Assembly (NCBI GenBank): GCA_965202585.1
Contig: OZ241829.1
Span: forward strand, 18,166,001-18,230,000
Length of the DNA: 64,000 bases
Direction of reading: 5' to 3'
Origin: Thalia democratica
Taxonomy: Eukaryota
Shown piece by piece: positions 61,601 through 64,000 of this stretch (its first letter is position 1; every line of letters starts with the position of its first letter). The position numbers and the translations under genes are program-made. The notes under the pieces were generated by a model, which did no database searches, was not told the origin of the DNA, and worked only from the letters and a program-made list of their open reading frames with translations.

Positions 61601-63390
61601 TACTTAAACCAACTGTAGGCAACTAAAATTCAATGTTAAAGTATACCGGGTATTATTAAAAACGACAAACTTTACTTACAAATTAGCTTAACACAAGAGG
61701 CGATTATTTGAAATCATTACAAATTAAAATATTTAATTTTACTACTTGTGATGCAAATAGGAACATTTGTGTTGTTATACGATCCGTCTTCTAGACACTT
61801 GTATATGTAGTCATCAGAACTTCCCTTGTGAAACATGTAACCTTCATCACAAGCATAACTAAAAACGTCATTACTCAGATAGAAATTAGCACGAGCTTGG
61901 TTGACAGAGTGTAACTTTCCGTCCTGCACCTTTTGGAGTGTTGGACATCCTGCAATAATTTAATGAAACAAATTTAGCAATCAAATTACGTTTTAGAAGT
62001 AAAATTTAGCATCATTTAATTAAAGCAAAGAATCAAAGCTTTGTACAGTTAAACGGATATTTTATCTTTACGAACAAAAACTATGCAATTAAAATTTTAA
62101 CCGAGTTTATAGTACGAATAAATTAGTTTTATATGTGGACTGTAGAAATAACTGGATAAGTTTTAACTCTATAAATTTTATTATATGTTTTGGTTTTAAG
62201 AAAATAAATAGAGAGATCTCAACTACTGGAGGAGAAATAATGAATTTATTCTTTTAAGAATTTATTTGACTAACTAAGTTTCGGTCAAAGACCTCGTCAG
62301 TGCTTAAATAATTTCAAAATTTCTTCTTAAAAAACTAAACAAATCAAATTTTAATATTATGACTGAGTTTAAGGTAAATTTTAGATTTTAGTTAAGTTTT
62401 AAAATCAATATAACAACAATAATAATAATAATAGCTGTATGTAGCTTTCTTTTTCTTCTAGTTAATTTACAAAGTAAACATTACTTAAGCAAAAGTGTAA
62501 TTAATAAAGTGATCTTAAAATTGAGTTGAATTTAATGTAGCTTATTTTTATTTTGAATATTTATTTTATTTATATGAATATAAATTTTATTATGACTTTT
62601 CGAAAAATTTTGTGTACAAACGTTTTAGTGTCAAAATATACCTTTAAAGATAAAAACTAAAAGTAAAATAATACTTTAGAGAGTTAAACATTATTTGACA
62701 TTAGAATAATTTCTTTCAAACTATATAAATGAGACTCAATTTTTAGAACAAGATATATTTCATGCTTCTTTCATCAGTTGAATACTAAGCAATAAAAATA
62801 AAAATAATAATATTATAACTTTAGAGAGTTATAATAGAAACGACTACATAGCTAACAGTTACATTTTCTTAGCATAAGTGTTAGTTAAATTCATTAATTA
62901 TTATCTAATAATAAATAAAGTTAAACAAGTTACAAATACTGAGATGTAGTTGCAACGACATATTTAACCGGTTAAAAAACAAGTTGCTCTATGGTGTTTA
63001 CCAGATATGATAAAAAAAAAGTTTGTTAATAATTCTAATATGCATGAATTAGATTTATTTTAGAAACTGTGTACAACAAGAAAATTTTTCTTAATTAAGC
63101 ATACCAGAATATATAAATAGAAAAATAAATAATCTAATTCTAAATATTAAGCATTATTATATGTTTAATTTAAAAAGCAAACAATGCATGCTTACTTTTT
63201 TTGCATTCAAAATCAAATTCACTCCATTGACTGTTACTTTCACACGACAGAACAGCTGGGTTGATGTCGCTAAAACTAAAACCTTCTTCGCACATGTACC
63301 TGACTTCCGCGCCTTCCAAAAATTCCCCTTCAGTAAAACCGTAATCAGCAACCAACCTCATGTTCAGCCCTTCAGGAGGTTGTTGACACT
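13463..63390 (-). CDS. Giant multi-sushi/CCP protein with two ILEI/PANDER-like domains (5'-incomplete; 67 exons, ~4,400 aa in window)
   Basis: 67 exons traced manually, each with an AG acceptor and GT donor. All internal CCP exon lengths are multiples of 3 (phase 1-1), and no in-frame stop was seen before TGA at 13463-13465. CCP exons carry the C..C..C..W..C pattern. Individual exons are listed below; class letters A-H are my own labels. Confidence 0.9.
14089..14349 (-). CDS. CCP exon 66 (atypical: 6 Cys, RRKR)
   Basis: phase 1-1; CDVDPIACETGLPCPDP..WVRRKRWVSC..WWPYPLPKCLR. Confidence 0.85.
14530..14745 (-). CDS. CCP exon 65
   Basis: phase 1-1; CPEPPKISEY..WSPKTAPNCGL. Confidence 0.88.
14882..15322 (+). 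mobile_element. Penelope-like element GIY-YIG endonuclease fragment (intronic, antisense to host gene)
   Basis: C..NCPV..YCL.NVIYQAKV..HIGSTKRTFK.KYNEHK..LWDL..IEWKIV..LCNLE..LNKRNELVTQCPH. Confidence 0.82.
16251..16445 (-). CDS. CCP exon 64
   Basis: phase 1-1; CPLLDVPDGS..WNNTNEAICMK. Confidence 0.88.
16695..16904 (-). CDS. CCP exon 63
   Basis: phase 1-1; CPTSPISEDD..WNTSNIPQCVK. Confidence 0.88.
17301..17516 (-). CDS. CCP exon 62
   Basis: phase 1-1; CGDPKEIEKG..FTPDPPSCVYI. Confidence 0.87.
17680..18240. mobile_element. Kolobok-like MITE copy
   Basis: Left GGCATAAGAGGG, right CCCCTTCTATGCCC|TTAA; internal block similar to the 2.1 kb and 26.5 kb copies. Confidence 0.6.
18715..18849 (-). 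CDS. Exon 61: ILEI/PANDER-like domain 2, part 3
   Basis: phase 1-1; RQSYALVSHK..EWTRCKN..FKPIE; donor position less certain. Confidence 0.7.
20377..20557 (-). CDS. Exon 60: ILEI/PANDER-like domain 2, part 2
   Basis: phase 0-1; LGSMSDYIRNNAKDFEVVIIGVVDA..NLGA..CTGFRFYG. Confidence 0.78.
20955..21187 (-). CDS. Exon 59: ILEI/PANDER-like domain 2, part 1
   Basis: phase 1-0; LHVRASSFSV..RGFNVIILNPFEKYLMYKYEIFDTY. Confidence 0.8.
21320..21538 (-). CDS. CCP exon 58 (unique)
   Basis: phase 1-1; CEKPPSLNIS..WVTPGLEFSGDHLCIR. Confidence 0.87.
21594..21794 (-). CDS. CCP exon 57 (class E)
   Basis: phase 1-1; CGKSPNIPGT..WTSYSSFQCLR. Confidence 0.88.
22134..22322 (-). CDS. CCP exon 56 (class D)
   Basis: phase 1-1; CSEIPNVDNT..WTPAFQCYP. 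Confidence 0.88.
22632..22829 (-). CDS. CCP exon 55 (class E)
   Basis: phase 1-1; CGPSQDIPNT..WVYNDFQCLQ. Confidence 0.88.
25112..25447 (+). mobile_element. Penelope-like GIY-YIG fragment nested in the hAT element
   Basis: Open frame not in the ORF track: KEYIGSTGSQFKKRWYAH..TELSKYIW..RWS..CKTCNLEKIEIALA..LNKRQELFYTCPHFRKF*. Confidence 0.85.
25750..25798 (+). ncRNA. Type I minimal hammerhead ribozyme (Penelope-associated)
   Basis: Stem I TTTACAGGC/GCC(T)TGTAAA; core CTGAAGA 25759-25765; stem II TCCC-TTAG-GGGA; GAAAC; stem III loop ATT; cleavage triplet GTA 25786-25788. Confidence 0.82.
26483..27000. mobile_element. Kolobok-like MITE copy nested in the hAT element (right end not resolved)
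   Basis: TTAA|GGCCATAGGGGGG start, shared internal block, and an internal inverted repeat (~26680-26730 vs ~26905-26955). Confidence 0.55.
29077..29274 (-). CDS. CCP exon 54 (class E)
   Basis: phase 1-1; CGLSRAITNA..WVFKEFECLS. Confidence 0.88.
30817..31011 (-). CDS. CCP exon 53
   Basis: phase 1-1; CADPPKGQNV..WPHTEAPTCLR. Confidence 0.87.
31147..31329 (-). CDS. CCP exon 52
   Basis: phase 1-1; CENPPPVLYN..WKHAVGCLR. Confidence 0.85.
31737..31862 (-). CDS. Exon 51: ILEI/PANDER-like domain 1, part 3
   Basis: phase 1-1; THHSWVVVTGRFPEHAPVPSWAEC..FSFD. Confidence 0.75.
32484..32652 (-). CDS. Exon 50: ILEI/PANDER-like domain 1, part 2
   Basis: phase 0-1; LERMAAFIEDNSNYGDVIVMAVRG..AKIG. Confidence 0.78.
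32920..33104 (-). CDS. Exon 49: ILEI/PANDER-like domain 1, part 1
   Basis: phase 1-0; TFHVYALSAGYG..RGTGVAIINPLTDTVQYNRFDTM (RG-x-V...FDT motif). Confidence 0.78.
34392..34583 (-). CDS. CCP exon 48 (unique)
   Basis: phase 1-1; CPYPPLEGRS..WDRSTPPACTP. Confidence 0.88.
34848..35036 (-). CDS. CCP exon 47 (class D)
   Basis: phase 1-1; CDDIPTVKNA..WTSIFQCYP. Confidence 0.88.
35199..35402 (-). CDS. CCP exon 46 (class C)
   Basis: phase 1-1; CEVPPYTQNS..WEPEEIISCIK. Confidence 0.88.
35698..35895 (-). CDS. CCP exon 45 (class B)
   Basis: phase 1-1; CPSPPVGDYV..WDFQNAPECAP. Confidence 0.88.
36574..36777 (-). CDS. CCP exon 44 (class A)
   Basis: phase 1-1; CSKLDDIPNG..YNNTREPLCIT. Confidence 0.88.
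37193..37390 (-). CDS. CCP exon 43 (class E)
   Basis: phase 1-1; CGPSPTIPNA..WEKNEFECLK. Confidence 0.88.
38567..38755 (-). CDS. CCP exon 42 (class D)
   Basis: phase 1-1; CNEVPTILNT..WTPTFECYP. Confidence 0.88.
38898..39098 (-). CDS. CCP exon 41 (class E)
   Basis: phase 1-1; CGSSPNIENT..WVTNEKFECLN. Confidence 0.88.
39994..40182 (-). CDS. CCP exon 40 (class D)
   Basis: phase 1-1; CKEIPKITNT..WTPTFECYP. Confidence 0.88.
40295..40495 (-). CDS. CCP exon 39 (class F)
   Basis: phase 1-1; CKQVELSQAL..WNVTAPYCER. Confidence 0.88.
40703..40900 (-). CDS. CCP exon 38 (class E)
   Basis: phase 1-1; CGSSPSILNS..WVNEKFDCLK. Confidence 0.88.
41097..41285 (-). CDS. CCP exon 37 (class D)
   Basis: phase 1-1; CNEIITINNA..WTPFIQCYP. 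Confidence 0.88.
41562..41765 (-). CDS. CCP exon 36 (class C)
   Basis: phase 1-1; CEVPPYVPNS..WEPKKLISCIK. Confidence 0.88.
42031..42228 (-). CDS. CCP exon 35 (class B)
   Basis: phase 1-1; CPSPPVGDYV..WDFQNAPKCAP. Confidence 0.88.
42714..43995. mobile_element. hAT-like non-autonomous element
   Basis: TIRs CAGGGTTTGTGTGCGCA / TGCGCACGAACCCTG; subterminal GCCTGA motifs; flanks AGAATA/AGAATG only partly TSD-like. Confidence 0.65.
42813..42983. mobile_element. Mini Kolobok-like MITE nested in the 42.7 kb element
   Basis: GGGTATGGGGGG ... CCCCTATGCCC|TTAA. Confidence 0.5.
44273..44476 (-). CDS. CCP exon 34 (class A)
   Basis: phase 1-1; CRKLDDILNG..YNNTKEPLCIT. Confidence 0.88.
44580..44777 (-). 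CDS. CCP exon 33 (class B)
   Basis: phase 1-1; CPSPPTGDNL..WDFQNAPKCIP. Confidence 0.88.
45681..45884 (-). CDS. CCP exon 32 (class A)
   Basis: phase 1-1; CHKPDNIPYG..YNNNRKPLCIT. Confidence 0.86.
46371..46583 (-). CDS. CCP exon 31 (unique)
   Basis: phase 1-1; HRCIEVPSVT..WRSVPATAVPMCGK. Confidence 0.88.
46940..47125 (-). CDS. CCP exon 30 (unique)
   Basis: phase 1-1; CGAPPKKDNM..WQGVVGNCYS. Confidence 0.88.
47349..47558 (-). CDS. CCP exon 29 (class H)
   Basis: phase 1-1; CGFPKNITNG..SLNAPKCVT. Confidence 0.86.
47720..47920 (-). CDS. CCP exon 28 (class F)
   Basis: phase 1-1; CQKIILRDKL..WNVTAPYCVK. Confidence 0.88.
48290..48487 (-). CDS. CCP exon 27 (class E)
   Basis: phase 1-1; CGPSQDIPNT..WVYNDFKCLQ. 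Confidence 0.88.
48661..48849 (-). CDS. CCP exon 26 (class D)
   Basis: phase 1-1; CNRIPTITNA..WTPTFQCYP. Confidence 0.88.
49010..49213 (-). CDS. CCP exon 25 (class C)
   Basis: phase 1-1; CEVPPYVPDA..WTPKKLISCVK. Confidence 0.88.
50106..50303 (-). CDS. CCP exon 24 (class B)
   Basis: phase 1-1; CPSPPEEEYV..WDFQNAPKCAP. Confidence 0.88.
51077..51280 (-). CDS. CCP exon 23 (class A)
   Basis: phase 1-1; CSKLEAIPNG..YDNIITPLCIT. Confidence 0.88.
51381..51578 (-). CDS. CCP exon 22 (class G)
   Basis: phase 1-1; CPKVEISSKV..WNSTFPTCHI. Confidence 0.88.
51942..52145 (-). CDS. CCP exon 21 (class E)
   Basis: phase 1-1; CGSSPTFPQT..WDIASINCLK. Confidence 0.88.
52710..52880 (-). CDS. CCP exon 20 (class D, short)
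   Basis: phase 1-1; CDKIPSVENS..WRPTMECIP. Confidence 0.88.
53400..53606 (-). CDS. CCP exon 19 (class C)
   Basis: phase 1-1; CSVIPLVNNS..WSFTRLPQCVK. Confidence 0.88.
53912..54109 (-). CDS. CCP exon 18 (class B')
   Basis: phase 1-1; CPSPPEGSLS..WSHKSAPECRQ. Confidence 0.88.
54392..54598 (-). CDS. CCP exon 17 (class H)
   Basis: phase 1-1; CGAPDNIEDG..FRPRPVCVK. Confidence 0.88.
54909..55097 (-). CDS. CCP exon 16 (class F)
   Basis: phase 1-1; CKEIEATEAL..WNVTANSCVK. Confidence 0.88.
55861..56061 (-). CDS. CCP exon 15 (class E)
   Basis: phase 1-1; CGRSPNVPNA..WSGDEFNCVK. Confidence 0.88.
56247..56447 (-). CDS. CCP exon 14 (class D)
   Basis: phase 1-1; CGVIRNYDPS..WDPPIQCFT. Confidence 0.88.
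56663..56866 (-). CDS. CCP exon 13 (class C)
   Basis: phase 1-1; CDQPPLIENS..WTPKELPTCLK. Confidence 0.88.
57149..57349 (-). CDS. CCP exon 12 (class B)
   Basis: phase 1-1; CDVLPKNNQT..WDVDRAPRCVP. Confidence 0.88.
57614..57817 (-). CDS. CCP exon 11 (class A)
   Basis: phase 1-1; CPALDEIPDG..YNNSVVPICIK. Confidence 0.88.
57980..58171 (-). CDS. CCP exon 10 (class G)
   Basis: phase 1-1; CPRFNMTTGL..WNSTFPTCLK. Confidence 0.88.
58379..58576 (-). CDS. CCP exon 9 (class B')
   Basis: phase 1-1; CPSPPEGSLS..WSHETAPKCGQ. Confidence 0.88.
58980..59201 (-). CDS. CCP exon 8 (class H)
   Basis: phase 1-1; CGTPKPIENG..FEPSYPVCLK. Confidence 0.88.
59521..59718 (-). CDS. CCP exon 7 (class F)
   Basis: phase 1-1; CTEIVPTGGL..WSISTPFCVK. 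Confidence 0.88.
59776..59976 (-). CDS. CCP exon 6 (class E)
   Basis: phase 1-1; CGPSPNILNA..WTKEEFSCLH. Confidence 0.88.
60088..60276 (-). CDS. CCP exon 5 (class D)
   Basis: phase 1-1; CDDTPVVEKT..WYPVIECYP. Confidence 0.88.
60594..60800 (-). CDS. CCP exon 4 (class C)
   Basis: phase 1-1; CENPPIVENS..WLPNDPIFCIK. Confidence 0.88.
61355..61555 (-). CDS. CCP exon 3 (class B)
   Basis: phase 1-1; CISPPEGDSV..WDHDFAPTCVP. Confidence 0.88.
61746..61949 (-). CDS. CCP exon 2 (class A)
   Basis: phase 1-1; CPTLQKVQDG..YNNTNVPICIT. Confidence 0.88.
63196..63390 (-). CDS. CCP exon 1 (B'-like)
   Basis: phase 1-1; CQQPPEGLNM..WSEFDFECKK. Confidence 0.88.
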
Positions 63391-64000
63391 CTTGAAAAAA
63401 ACAATGGATGTTGTTTTGTTAAATAAAGTTTAAACTAAAACAGTAGCAAAAAAAAAAGATTTAAACCTAATTGATTTAACAGTAGGAATTTACTTTTGTA
63501 AATCAAAAGTATTTTAATCACTAGTTCAAAAAATTAGCTTGAACAAAACATTAAAATAGTTATTTATCTGAATTTAAAACTGATGGATAGGTGAATTTGA
63601 TACATTTTTATATTTGTGGTCAAACTTAGCTATCAAATAAATAAACCTTTTAAAAAGCATCTGATAAAATGTTACGAGTTTACCTTTGTAGAAAAAAGTG
63701 CATGTTTAGTTAATAAACACTCTGAATAAAGATTACTGATTGTTTAAATACGAACTAATTACAATCAACAAAAACAATTGATTTTTTTCTCATTGAATAA
63801 AAATACAAACAGTTTTAACTTTTATTCTTTAAAATTCGAATAACTTTTTGTGTTAAATGATTTAGATAGAACTATAAACAAATGCTTATAGTACAAACTT
63901 GTTTAAGTAAAGCACAAAAAAAAACTTTATTTTAGTTATTTAAAAAATATACCACTTAAAATAGATTCGAAAAAGTTAGATTTAAAAAGTTCGGATAATT

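Noticed and set aside
13463-63390. Calling the gene SVEP1, CSMD, CR1 or factor H
   Set aside because: The vWA, EGF, pentraxin, CUB and TM domains that define those genes are absent from the traced part, and ILEI domains are present. Orthology cannot be supported.

Overview
AT-rich, intron-containing animal (invertebrate-like) genomic DNA; the species cannot be determined from the sequence. About 50 kb (13463-63390, minus strand) is the 3' part of one giant gene. I traced 67 exons by hand (~13.3 kb CDS, ~4,400 aa in the window): 61 single-exon, phase 1-1 sushi/CCP modules and two three-exon ILEI/PANDER (FAM3/GG-lectin-like) domains, in the order CCP48-ILEI-CCP7-ILEI-CCP6-stop. The CCPs fall into recurring paralog classes that form higher-order super-repeats. 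There is no C-terminal membrane anchor, and the 5' end lies beyond the window. Facing it tail-to-tail is a plus-strand bubblegum-type long-chain acyl-CoA synthetase (ACSBG) pseudogene with two nonsense codons and no recognisable 3' exons. The rest is transposon-derived: a spliced Merlin/IS1595-like DNA transposon with ~72-bp subterminal satellite arrays, CR1/L2-group LINE fragments, three Penelope-like GIY-YIG fragments (one with a canonical hammerhead ribozyme), hAT-like and TTAA-flanked (Kolobok-like) non-autonomous elements, and a nested insertion stack in one intron.
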